Shown here in pieces: positions 39,622 to 49,051 of a stretch of 64,000 nt of DNA (position 1 is the first letter of the stretch; each line of letters begins with the position of its first letter). Where the stretch lies: the NCBI GenBank assembly GCA_963662585.1, contig OY759729.1, forward strand, positions 2,880,001 to 2,944,000, in the 5' to 3' direction. The notes under the pieces were generated by a model. That model was not told the origin of the DNA. It saw only the letters and a program-made list of their open reading frames with translations, and ran no database searches. Origin of the DNA: Candidatus Cloacimonadales bacterium. Lineage in GTDB: Bacteria; Cloacimonadota; Cloacimonadia; Cloacimonadales; JAFGVF01. The translations under genes and the position numbers were made by a program.

Positions 39622-41609
39622 TAAATTATTCTTTTAAATTTCTTTTTAAAATCTTCTAGGGAGTAGTTAATAATTAAGGGGCGACCATGAGGGCAGTAAT
39701 AAGGTACCTTACAGCCGAAAAGATCGCTGATAAGCTTGATCATTTCTCTAGCTGTTAAAGGCTTACCAGCCTTGATTGCGGCCTTACAAGAGACAGATTT
39801 AGCAATACTATCTCTAAAATCTTCAGTTTCTTCAAATTCTTGTTCTAAAGTCTGCAAAATTTCTAAAAATATCTCACCACCACTCCATTCTTCAAGTTCA
39901 ACAGGGATTTCATCAATCACTAAAGAATTACCACTAAAAGTTTTGATAGAAAAACCTATATTATGAAAATCTTCAATATTGGCTTCTACTAACTCTCTTA
40001 AACTCTCTGAAATGTAATTAGGTAGGTCGATAACGATAGGGAAGAGGAGTTTTTGAACTTCAGCATCATTCCCTTTCATTCTGGCAATTAGCTTTTCATA
40101 GAGAATTCTTTCATGGGCTGCATGTTGGTCTATAACCATCAAGCCTTCACCAACTTGGATGAAAATAAAAGTATCTTGAAATTGCCATGGTTTGACAGCT
40201 TCTATCTCACTTATAACTGGTAAATCTATTCTTGCTTCATGTTTGTTTATTATTGCCTGAGAAGGATTCTGCTTGCTTTCTGAAAGAGGCTCATCTTGAT
40301 CGAAAATACTAGCTTGTACTAATTCACTAAATTCTTTCTTATAGGAAGAGAAGCGAGGTATTTCAGGTTTAGAATAGCTATTCTCAGAATTATCCTGGGT
40401 AAATCTTCTTTCAGGTAACTCTGAGGGAGGAGTAAAGGATCCATGATTAGTTTCTTGTCTGGAAAAACTATTTGTTGGTTGATTAAACTCCTGAGTTTGC
40501 TGATGAGGGTGCTGTCTGCCTCTTTCTTCAAACTCGCGAGTTGAATTGGCAAATCCTTCCCCAAATTTATTCTTTATAGATTTAAACTTTTCATCTTGAA
40601 GTTGGTTTAATCTGTTAGTAATAGAATCTTTAACTGCATTATAGACAAGATGGGCATCTCTAAAGCGAACTTCTCGCTTAGCAGGATGAACATTTATATC
40701 TATTAACTCAGGGTCTATTTCAATGAAAAGAATATAAGGAGGTAGAACCCCGTGTTGCATATATCTCTCTTTAGCAATAAAAGGCTGATAAGCTGTTTTT
40801 AAAGCTTTAATCACAATCTTATCACTTATGTAGCGTCCGTTGATAAAGAGGTACTTAAAGCGTTCAAAGCCTTGATGGTACTCCTCTAGTCCCGCAATAA
40901 AGCCTTTAATAGAAAGTTGATTAGTGTTATAGCTTAAATCAATAAACTCTTGTTCTTGGAAAGACTTACCAAACACTTCCTTAATTCTTCTATTATAGTT
41001 ACTTACGGCTGGATAGTTTAGCTTCTCTCTATCATTAGAAATTAATTTAAATGAGACATTAGGGTAAAGAATAGATTGATAATGAACATAATTTAAAATA
41101 TGCTTAAATTCAACTATATCACTCTTTAAGAACTTTCTCCGAGCAGGAACATTGAAGAATATCTTCTTTACATAGATAGTAGTACCTGTGTTTGCTGCAG
41201 TTTTCCTTACATCTTTGAGGTTTCCACCATCTACGAAGATATCTGTAGCTACAGCAGAAGTTTCATCTTTTGTGATTAAATTGAATCTGCTAATAGAAGC
41301 AATAGATGGAATCGCTTCTCCCCGAAAACCAAGACTACTGATGTGAACAATATCTTCAACATCTTTAATTTTACTTGTAGCATGGCGTTCTAAGCAGAGA
41401 AGAGCGTCGTCGTTGGACATCCCTTTCCCATCATCTGTTACTTGAATTAGCTCCTTTCCGCCTTTTTCTACCTTAATGTAGATTGACTTAGCCCCAGCAT
41501 CTAAAGAGTTTTCGACTAACTCCTTAACTACCGAAACAGGTCTTTCAATTACTTCTCCGGCAGCTATTCTATTGGTAACATTCTCGGAAAGTACTTTAAT
41601 AAAGTTCAT
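39621..41609 (-). CDS. mutL: DNA mismatch repair endonuclease MutL
   Basis: IAAGEVIERP, GFRGEA, DQHAAHERILYE, SCKAAIK, CPHGRP. Confidence 0.98.
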   Translation of the reverse strand: MNFIKVLSENVTNRIAAGEVIERPVSVVKELVENSLDAGAKSIYIKVEKGGKELIQVTDDGKGMSNDDALLCLERHATSKIKDVEDIVHISSLGFRGEAIPSIASISRFNLITKDETSAVATDIFVDGGNLKDVRKTAANTGTTIYVKKIFFNVPARRKFLKSDIVEFKHILNYVHYQSILYPNVSFKLISNDREKLNYPAVSNYNRRIKEVFGKSFQEQEFIDLSYNTNQLSIKGFIAGLEEYHQGFERFKYLFINGRYISDKIVIKALKTAYQPFIAKERYMQHGVLPPYILFIEIDPELIDINVHPAKREVRFRDAHLVYNAVKDSITNRLNQLQDEKFKSIKNKFGEGFANSTREFEERGRQHPHQQTQEFNQPTNSFSRQETNHGSFTPPSELPERRFTQDNSENSYSKPEIPRFSSYKKEFSELVQASIFDQDEPLSESKQNPSQAIINKHEARIDLPVISEIEAVKPWQFQDTFIFIQVGEGLMVIDQHAAHERILYEKLIARMKGNDAEVQKLLFPIVIDLPNYISESLRELVEANIEDFHNIGFSIKTFSGNSLVIDEIPVELEEWSGGEIFLEILQTLEQEFEETEDFRDSIAKSVSCKAAIKAGKPLTAREMIKLISDLFGCKVPYYCPHGRPLIINYSLEDFKKKFKRII

Positions 41610-41636
41610 CTCTATAGTTCCTTAAAATTAAATTTA

Positions 41637-42743
41637 TTAGAAATCATCGTCTTCCAATTCATCAAATGCCATGCTAGCTCTTAATTTTGAATAGAGAATA
41701 TCATCACTTTTCAAAACCTTAATCATAGAGTTTTGTACTGACTTTTTATTGATAGAGTATTGGGCATAGGTCTTATAGCTATTCTCACCAATATGGATAG
41801 TCTTGATAAACTCTTTGGTGATTGGGTAATTATTTTTTTGTATTTCAGCAGAAATATCATTTTTGAGCTTATTGAATTTTATCTCATCATAGCCGGAAAC
41901 TTTACGATATTTCTCAGCTTCAGTTCTGGCAAAATCATTAGCAAATTTCATCTTTGCTTTCTTACATAGAGCAATAGCATTTTCTATAGATGTGCTCTCA
42001 TTATTGGCAATAGCTATCTGATTAACCATAACTTTCATATTATTATAACTTACTTTAAACCATGCAGGTATAAAATCTTCTTCATATTTTACTTTAGAAG
42101 TAATAATTTCTTTTTTAGTAACTTTTTGTTCAGTAATTTTATCTTTTTTTGTTGCTGTTAATCCAGCTTGCTTTAATAAGTGTAAATAAGTCTTAGAACT
42201 TGCAAAAGCAGTTGCGATATCAGGATCTTTCTGAAATTGATTAACAAATTCTTTTTGAATTTCTGCTAAAGGTAAACCTACAGCAACAAAACAACGATAT
42301 TCACTATCATTCTTCTGGATAAAAGCTGTTTCTACTCTCTTTAAATAAGGAGAATAATCTTTGCTATAAATTAAATTACTCTTAGCATTAATTTTATTGG
42401 ACTTAAACTTATCTTTGGAGCCACTCTCTTCTAGAATCATTTCAGTTAGATTTACAACGAAACTCTTCTGATAGTGAAGAAATTTTGCTTGAGCCGAATT
42501 TATAGCTTCTACTTTAATTATCTCTTGATCACTACCATCAAGAAAAGCATAAGAGTGTAGATATTCTTCATTGCTAAGCTTTTCCCACCATTGAGGGCGA
42601 TAATTTTCATCAAATTTATTAGTTTCAATACTACTATTCTCGGAATTTATAACTTGAGGATTTTGCTCAACTTTGCTTTTGCAACCAAGAATTAATAAAG
42701 TTAAAGCGATTAAATAAAATGCTAAAGTGATTTTTTTTAACAT
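41637..42743 (-). CDS. Lipoprotein with two LPP20-like repeats
   Basis: Lipobox ILGC; two P.W(W/F) initiated repeats; ends AFDELE. Confidence 0.55.
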   Translation of the reverse strand: MLKKITLAFYLIALTLLILGCKSKVEQNPQVINSENSSIETNKFDENYRPQWWEKLSNEEYLHSYAFLDGSDQEIIKVEAINSAQAKFLHYQKSFVVNLTEMILEESGSKDKFKSNKINAKSNLIYSKDYSPYLKRVETAFIQKNDSEYRCFVAVGLPLAEIQKEFVNQFQKDPDIATAFASSKTYLHLLKQAGLTATKKDKITEQKVTKKEIITSKVKYEEDFIPAWFKVSYNNMKVMVNQIAIANNESTSIENAIALCKKAKMKFANDFARTEAEKYRKVSGYDEIKFNKLKNDISAEIQKNNYPITKEFIKTIHIGENSYKTYAQYSINKKSVQNSMIKVLKSDDILYSKLRASMAFDELEDDDF

Positions 42744-42910
42744 ACTCTTCTCCTATTATGAATTTTCTCTAATAAAAAAATAAGCGAGGGATAAGTCAAG
42801 CAAAATTATCTAAAGACCTTATCTAGCTTTGAATAGTAATGAGATGATAAATATAAAATATTTGTTTTTAGTATAATATCAACTATAATTTCATAAAAAA
42901 TTATTAAGGA

Positions 42911-43420
42911 GTGATAATGCGTTTTAAAAGAAATTCAGTAATACTATTGTTTGTTATTGTAATGACCTTAATGTCAGGTTGTTATGGGAACTTTGCTCTA
43001 ACAAGAAAACTCTATAATTGGAATGGTTCAGTTGAGGATAAGTTTGCTCAAAGTGTTGTAGGCTGGGGTTTGGTGATTTTACCTGTATATCAAACTGCCA
43101 TGTTTATTGATGTTGTTGGACTCAACTTAATTGAGTTTTGGGAAGGTGAAAATCCTTTGGCAATGAATATCGGGGATATTGATTCTCAGATAATTACAAC
43201 TGATAAGGGTAGATATGAACTTATAGCTACTCAAAACAGATTTGATTTAGTATCTCTTGAGGGTGAAAGTGTTGGAGACTATATGAGTCTTATTTATAGT
43301 CCTGAAAGGGAAGAATGGAGTCTTGAAAATGATGGTAATAGCCAAGTTGTAGCTAAATTTCACGGTAAAACTGTTGAGATAATCTATCCTTCAGGCAAGA
43401 CAGAATTCTATAATATGTAG
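42911..43420 (+). CDS. DUF3332 family lipoprotein
   Basis: SGCYGNFALTRKLY.WN...PVY..A..D...N.IEFW.G.NP. Confidence 0.85.
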   Translation: MIMRFKRNSVILLFVIVMTLMSGCYGNFALTRKLYNWNGSVEDKFAQSVVGWGLVILPVYQTAMFIDVVGLNLIEFWEGENPLAMNIGDIDSQIITTDKGRYELIATQNRFDLVSLEGESVGDYMSLIYSPEREEWSLENDGNSQVVAKFHGKTVEIIYPSGKTEFYNM

Positions 43421-43451
43421 AATTAGAAATTTAATATAATATAGTAATAAA

Positions 43452-43476
43452 AAAAGCGGGTTTAGCACCCGCTTTT
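43452..43476. terminator. Bidirectional intrinsic terminator
   Basis: AAAAGCGGGT-TTAGC-ACCCGCTTTT between convergent genes. Confidence 0.88.
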
Positions 43477-43491
43477 ACTTTGGAGATTTTC

Positions 43492-43830
43492 TTAGTGATC
43501 GCAGAGGTTTTTACCAGCTACGAGTTCACCTTTGAGATAAGTATTAACAATATTTTCTAGAGTGTCATTTTCAACACCATAATATACATCAACATTGTTT
43601 TCTTTAAAAAGTTCTTGAGCTTTATTACCCATACCACCAGCGATAACTATGTTTGCACCATTTTCAGCTACAAATCTTGGATACAAACCTGGTACATGTT
43701 CTGGTGGAGTTACCCACTCGATATTAGTGATTTTACCATCTTCAGTGGTTACAAAAGCAAATTCTTCACAATGTCCAAAATGGGCACAGATTTGCTTATT
43801 TTCTGTTGGAAGTGCTACTATTAATTTCAT
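43492..43830 (-). CDS. NifB/NifX family (FeMo-cofactor-binding-like) protein
   Basis: CAHFGHCEEF, IAGGMG, C-terminal CDH. Confidence 0.88.
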   Translation of the reverse strand: MKLIVALPTENKQICAHFGHCEEFAFVTTEDGKITNIEWVTPPEHVPGLYPRFVAENGANIVIAGGMGNKAQELFKENNVDVYYGVENDTLENIVNTYLKGELVAGKNLCDH

Positions 43831-43855
43831 AATTTCTCCTAATTATAAATATATT

Positions 43856-44200
43856 TTAGTTTTTAAAGGCTTCTAATTCATTATTTAAATATTTGCTGAT
43901 AACTTCTTCAGCAGAGATATCTTCTTTACAGATAAACATCTCAATATTACCTGCTTCTAGTACTTGGAAAGCATTTTTACCTGGTCCGTTACCTGTTAGA
44001 ACAACATTAACTCCTGCATCAAATACTTTTTGAGAAGTTTGTGGACCTGCACCGTGTGCTGTTTCTTGAACTTCTTTATTATCTATATGACTATACTCTT
44101 TTGTCTCTGTATCATATACTACAAAATAATCTGCTCTACCAAATCGAGGCTCTAATTTTGAATCTTTTTCGATTCCTACTGTACTTACGGCTATTTTCAT
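43856..44200 (-). CDS. NifB/NifX family protein
   Basis: MKIAVS, RFGRA.YF, HGAG, TGNGPG.NA. Confidence 0.88.
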   Translation of the reverse strand: MKIAVSTVGIEKDSKLEPRFGRADYFVVYDTETKEYSHIDNKEVQETAHGAGPQTSQKVFDAGVNVVLTGNGPGKNAFQVLEAGNIEMFICKEDISAEEVISKYLNNELEAFKN

Positions 44201-44216
44201 TTTTCCTTCCTAAGGC

Positions 44217-45098
44217 TTATTTTTTATTTATTATTCTTTCTAGTTGATTCCACACTTCAGCTATTGTCTCTTTGGTGTAGAAGGGATCATATTCATTTAT
44301 TGCCTGACCACTCTTAACTGCATGTATGAAATTCTTGTTATAAGTGAATTCTGTTAAGAGTGAAATTTCATTCTCTAATAAAAATTCTTTAATTTCTGCT
44401 GAAATATTATTGTTTAAATCTGATTTATTGATTATACAGGCAGAAGGGATTTGAAACTTCTTAAGTAGCTCAACTACTCTTTTTAAATCATGCAGAGCTG
44501 ACATCGTAGGCTCTGTGACTAATAAAGCAATATCTGCACCACTTAAAGATGAGATTACAGGACAGCCTATTCCTGGAGAACCATCAACAATAATAAAGTT
44601 CTTCTGCATCTTCTCTGCTTGAAGGCGAGACTCTTTCTTTACTTCTGCTACCAATTTACCTGAGTTCTCTCCACCAGGTAAAAGCTTTGCATGAACCATC
44701 TTTGTGTTTGTTCTTATATCCGAAATATAGAAATCTCCTACTAATCTATCAACCATAGTGATAGCATTGTAAGGGCATATATGATAGCATAAACCACAGC
44801 CTTCACAACTTAAAGGGTCAACTTTCTTATAATTACTTAAAGAAATTATAGCATCAAAACGACATTTCTCCTGACATAATCCACAATTCTTACACAAATC
44901 ACGATTTACAACTGCCTCTTTACCACTAAAGAATTTTCTCTTCTCAAGGGTCTTATTGGAAAAAATAAGGTGCATATCAGCGGCATCAACATCGCAGTCC
45001 GCAACTATACATCTATCTTGAAGATGATAGGCTAAAGCAGCTGTGATTGTTGTTTTACCTGTTCCGCCCTTACCGGAAATAACTACAACTTCTTTCAT
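44217..45098 (-). CDS. MinD-superfamily P-loop ATPase with inserted 2x[4Fe-4S] ferredoxin
   Basis: SGKGGTGKT, DCDVDA, CxxCxxCxxxC x2, GEN SGKLV, DGSPGIGCPV. Confidence 0.92.
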   Translation of the reverse strand: MKEVVVISGKGGTGKTTITAALAYHLQDRCIVADCDVDAADMHLIFSNKTLEKRKFFSGKEAVVNRDLCKNCGLCQEKCRFDAIISLSNYKKVDPLSCEGCGLCYHICPYNAITMVDRLVGDFYISDIRTNTKMVHAKLLPGGENSGKLVAEVKKESRLQAEKMQKNFIIVDGSPGIGCPVISSLSGADIALLVTEPTMSALHDLKRVVELLKKFQIPSACIINKSDLNNNISAEIKEFLLENEISLLTEFTYNKNFIHAVKSGQAINEYDPFYTKETIAEVWNQLERIINKK

Positions 45099-45958
45099 CT
45101 TTTTCTCCTCATTAAAGTAGTTACTTTTTCTGCAATTTTCTCTATCTCAGCGAGGAAGTCAGCATCACTCTGATATATTAAAGAGCCTTTAGAATATAGT
45201 TCAGCTATAGATTGCTTCTCAGGAATCGCTGCCAGTAATTCTAAATTCTCTTTTGTACAATAATCTCGAATAATATTCTCTTCACCATCATCTTTATTAA
45301 TTATAATAGCAAAATCCTTTTTGAGTAATTTGACTGTTTCAACTGCTATTCTAAGATCATTTAAGCCAAAAGGTGAAGGTTCTGTTACTAAAAAGACAAA
45401 ATCACAATTCTTAACTGTCTCTACTACAGGACATGATGAGCCTGGAGGAGAATCGATAATCCCAATCTCAGCAGGAATATTCTCTGCTATAAAATCAAAA
45501 CTTTGCTTAATTAAAGGAACAGCCTGCTCCTGACCAATATCTAATCTAGCTTCTAAAAAAGTTAAGTTCTTATCATTAATTTGAGTAAAAAGTCCTAACT
45601 TCTGAGGCTTCATCTCAATAGCCTGAACTGGACAAAGCTCTATACAACTATAACAACTGTGACATAATTCATTGAAAAATAATACTCTTTTTCCTAACAT
45701 TGTTATAGCATTGAAGGCACAAACTTCTTTGCACTTGCCACAAGCAATACATTTATCTTCAATCAGAGTCGGAACTTCTTTATATACTTTTTTTTCTTGC
45801 CATAATTGGCCTTGCATAAAAATATGTGAATCTGGCTCTTCTACATCCATATCTGCTAATAAAACAGCTTGGGTTTGAGCTAAATAGTGAGATAGATTTG
45901 TGGAAACAGTCGTTTTACCTGTTCCACCTTTTCCACTTGCTACTGCGATTTTATACAT
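45095..45958 (-). CDS. MinD-superfamily P-loop ATPase with inserted ferredoxin
   Basis: SGKGGTGKT, DVEEP, CIACGKC..VC, CHSCYSC..LCP, DSPPGSSCPV. Confidence 0.92.
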   Translation of the reverse strand: MYKIAVASGKGGTGKTTVSTNLSHYLAQTQAVLLADMDVEEPDSHIFMQGQLWQEKKVYKEVPTLIEDKCIACGKCKEVCAFNAITMLGKRVLFFNELCHSCYSCIELCPVQAIEMKPQKLGLFTQINDKNLTFLEARLDIGQEQAVPLIKQSFDFIAENIPAEIGIIDSPPGSSCPVVETVKNCDFVFLVTEPSPFGLNDLRIAVETVKLLKKDFAIIINKDDGEENIIRDYCTKENLELLAAIPEKQSIAELYSKGSLIYQSDADFLAEIEKIAEKVTTLMRRKR

Positions 45959-45996
45959 AATTAATACCTCGATTGCGGGTTTTAAGTTTAAGTATT

Positions 45997-46305
45997 TTAC
46001 TTATTATCTAACTCTTCTAATCTCTTTTTATAAGAGCCTAGTTTGTCAGATAGATAATTAACTATATTCTCTAAATAGGATTTGTTATTTAAGGCCTGAC
46101 CGTCTTCATAATTATCAAATCCATATCTACGGCGGTTACCATATCCCATACCGCCGTTTCTTCTTCCCATTCCACATCCTCTACCGTTACCTCTACCACG
46201 ATAACCAAAATCATCTGCAAATTCACGATCAGATGTGCAATTTCCCATTCCTCTTCCAGTCATTTGTCCTCTTCCATTAGGACCGCTTCCATCTCTATTT
46301 GGCAT
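45997..46305 (-). CDS. DUF5320 family protein
   Basis: MPNRDGSGP.G.G.MTGRG.G.C followed by Gly/Arg-rich tract and coiled coil; start reset to ATG 46305, overlapping the upstream stop. Confidence 0.85.
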   Translation of the reverse strand: MPNRDGSGPNGRGQMTGRGMGNCTSDREFADDFGYRGRGNGRGCGMGRRNGGMGYGNRRRYGFDNYEDGQALNNKSYLENIVNYLSDKLGSYKKRLEELDNK

Positions 46306-46760
46306 TATTCCTCCGTTTTTCTCCCTCTTCTGCGACAACATCTTCCATGACCAAATCTTCCTGCGAAGTCTAGTAGGTTGGTTGAAGAACATGAGGGACA
46401 TTTTTTTACATCAATTTCTATATCTATTTTGAACTTATGCCCACAATCAAGGCATTCGTAAAAATTCTCTCTAAAATGAATATTTCCACCTTCAATAGTT
46501 AACTCTTTACCATTTATTAAAAAGTCTGCTATCTTCTGTTGAGCACTATCTAATAGTCTAGTAAAGGTCGGACGGGATACTCCCATCTCTTCAGAAGCTT
46601 CTTGCTGGCCCAACTTATCAAAGTTAGCTAATTTGATTGCTTCAATTTCATCCAAACTTAGTACTATTTTTTCTAAATCTGCTCTTCTTACTCCCACTGG
46701 TTTAAAACTGTTAAAGCGGGGAGGACAAGCTACCATTCTTTTTATTTTAGGTCTCGGCAT
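46305..46760 (-). CDS. DUF134 family DNA-binding protein with C-terminal Zn ribbon
   Basis: MPRPK..R, DE.EA.KL.....Q.EA..MGVSR.TF.R, IEGG, CLDCG...CPSC. Confidence 0.9.
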   Translation of the reverse strand: MPRPKIKRMVACPPRFNSFKPVGVRRADLEKIVLSLDEIEAIKLANFDKLGQQEASEEMGVSRPTFTRLLDSAQQKIADFLINGKELTIEGGNIHFRENFYECLDCGHKFKIDIEIDVKKCPSCSSTNLLDFAGRFGHGRCCRRRGRKTEE

Positions 46761-46774
46761 AGTATCTCCTATTC

Positions 46775-46813
46775 GTTATGAAACAATAATGAACAATGGT
46801 TCATAACTGTCAA
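46775..46813 (-). promoter_or_regulatory. Promoter with palindromic operator for the DUF134 operon
   Basis: TTGACA on minus strand (46808-46813); ATGAAC-AATG-GTTCAT palindrome (46789-46804) in the spacer. Confidence 0.6.
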
Positions 46814-47299
46814 GTACTATTTTAACCTTTTTTCTTTTTTTTAACTCTATTGCTTTATTGGAGCTTTATTGGGCTTCTATTTGTTCAGTATTGGACTAAG
46901 ATAATAGAGGCTTATCGTTGGCTAAGTGAACAGCAATGATTACTAGATTTTAAAGGAAGATAGCTAGGGTATGGGAAGAGTTATTGGTTATGATCCAGTA
47001 TTTAAAGACATTTAGTTATAATCAAGATTCAATTTTCACTGGTAAGAGTTCATCTAAAGCGAAAAACTGGAAAGTTGTTAAAAAGACTGCTAGACTCTTT
47101 CCCTAATTATGATAAAAATACCAAGAGTATAATTTTACATAAATATATATTGACAATTTTGTATCAGAGAAATAAATGGTGCTTGTAGATTGATTATAAA
47201 CAAAAAAAACATTATTTTATTAACATTCAGAGAGGTTTGTTTTATAGATAAACTCCTGAAAAACAACACAATACCATTATAATATGGAGATTACAGAAA

Positions 47300-49051
47300 A
47301 TGTCCAAAAAAAAATTAAATATAAAACAGAACTTTAAATTATTAAAGCCTTATCTTTGGAAGGAGAAAAAACTTTTAGGATTAGGTTTGATATTAATGAT
47401 TTTTGTTTCGCTCGCTCATCTAGTAGATCCATTGATATTGGCTCATATTGTAGATGTAAGTGTACCAAACAGAGATTTAAACGATATGTATCGTTATGCC
47501 TTCTTCTTTATAGGCTTAATTATCATCTCAGGAATAGCTTCTTATACACAGATAATTATCCTTTCGAAGTTAGGATTAAAAGTGATTACCGATATCAAAA
47601 TGAAGCTTTTTTCTCATTTGATGAAGATCTCAGTCTCTTTCTTTGATAACAGGCCAGTGGGTGATTTTATAACTAAAGTAGAGAATGATAGTGAGAAAGT
47701 GAGATTTCTTTTTTCGGAGCTCTCTATTAGAATTATTGGTAACTTACTCTTCTTCCTTGGTGTGATAGCTGTTATAACCTATAAGAGTCCTGATGTCTCT
47801 GTCTGGATACTTCTAGCAATTACAGCCATAGCGATAGCTTACAACTATTTCATGCGTTTTATGGGAAAGATTTTTCAAAAAGTAAGGGAGAAGTATTCTG
47901 AAGTTACAGCTAATATCAATGAATATGTGCAAGGAATGCATGTTATTCAGACTTTTCATAAAGAAGATGAAGCAATAAAAATCATAGAGAAAACATCTAA
48001 AGACAAGAAAGAAATCGAAACTAGGGCCTCATTCTTAGAATATTCAATAGAAGGCTTTTTATTGTTTTTGATTGAGTATTTCTTATTCATCTTAATAGTT
48101 GTATTGATTGTTCCTCAGATTTTTGCTGGAACAAAATCAATTGGTACCTTGATAATCTTTTCCCAATATATCAACAGGATAATATGGCCACTTATTCAGC
48201 TCTTAGAGAATGTGATGCAGATTCAGAAGTCTATGGTTTCACTTACTAGGATAAGAGAGCTGAGTGAACTTCCTGTTGAAGACTATTATCATAATGAACT
48301 TAGTATAGATAGTTTCGAGAAAGAGATAGAATTTAAGAATGTCTGGTTTGCTTATGAAGCTGAAAATTGGATTTTAAAAGATGTCAGTTTCAAGGTTAGA
48401 AAGGGCGAGAAAGTAGCTTTGGTTGGTCCTTCTGGCTCAGGTAAAACTACTACTATAAGTCTAATTTGCGGATTCTATAAATACCAAAAAGGTGAAATTA
48501 TTATAGATGGAAAGCCTCTTAATAAACTCAATATTAAGAAGTGGAGAAAGAAAGTGGGATTAATCTTACAAGATGTTCTGCTTTTCCCTGGTAATGTGAT
48601 AGAGAATGTCAGAATTTATGATGATTCAATTTCACCTGAAAAAGTAATGGAGTCTATCAAAATGGTTCATGCTGAAAAGTTCTTTGAAATGGGCTCCTTA
48701 CAGAATATTATTGCTGAAAGAGGACAGAACATATCTCAAGGCGAAAAGCAGTTGTTGAGTTTTGCTCGTGCTCTTACTTTCAATCCAGAAATAGTTATAA
48801 TGGATGAGGCTACTTCTTCGATTGATACTGTGACAGAGAGAAAGATACAAGAATCGATGTTGCAGGTATTAGCTGGTAAAACAGCCATGATAGTTGCTCA
48901 CAGACTTTCTTCAATTATTGATGCTGATAATATCATATACTTTAAAGATGGTCAAATCAAGAATCAAGGAACTCATGTTGAATTGATGGAGTCTAGTGAT
49001 GATTATAGAAATTTAGTTAACCTTCAATATATGGGAGGTCATAATGAATAA
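47300..49051 (+). CDS. ABC exporter subunit (TMD + NBD), heterodimer partner 1
   Basis: 6 TM, GPSGSGKT, ISQGE, IMDEA, AHR. Confidence 0.93.
   Translation: MSKKKLNIKQNFKLLKPYLWKEKKLLGLGLILMIFVSLAHLVDPLILAHIVDVSVPNRDLNDMYRYAFFFIGLIIISGIASYTQIIILSKLGLKVITDIKMKLFSHLMKISVSFFDNRPVGDFITKVENDSEKVRFLFSELSIRIIGNLLFFLGVIAVITYKSPDVSVWILLAITAIAIAYNYFMRFMGKIFQKVREKYSEVTANINEYVQGMHVIQTFHKEDEAIKIIEKTSKDKKEIETRASFLEYSIEGFLLFLIEYFLFILIVVLIVPQIFAGTKSIGTLIIFSQYINRIIWPLIQLLENVMQIQKSMVSLTRIRELSELPVEDYYHNELSIDSFEKEIEFKNVWFAYEAENWILKDVSFKVRKGEKVALVGPSGSGKTTTISLICGFYKYQKGEIIIDGKPLNKLNIKKWRKKVGLILQDVLLFPGNVIENVRIYDDSISPEKVMESIKMVHAEKFFEMGSLQNIIAERGQNISQGEKQLLSFARALTFNPEIVIMDEATSSIDTVTERKIQESMLQVLAGKTAMIVAHRLSSIIDADNIIYFKDGQIKNQGTHVELMESSDDYRNLVNLQYMGGHNE

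Noticed and set aside
43492..44200. NifX-like genes as evidence of nitrogen fixation
   Set aside because: No nifHDK here; this family is common in non-diazotrophic anaerobes.
45997..46401. 134-aa version of the DUF5320 ORF and its local GC rise
   Set aside because: The family motif starts at ATG 46305; the GC rise reflects Gly/Arg codons.
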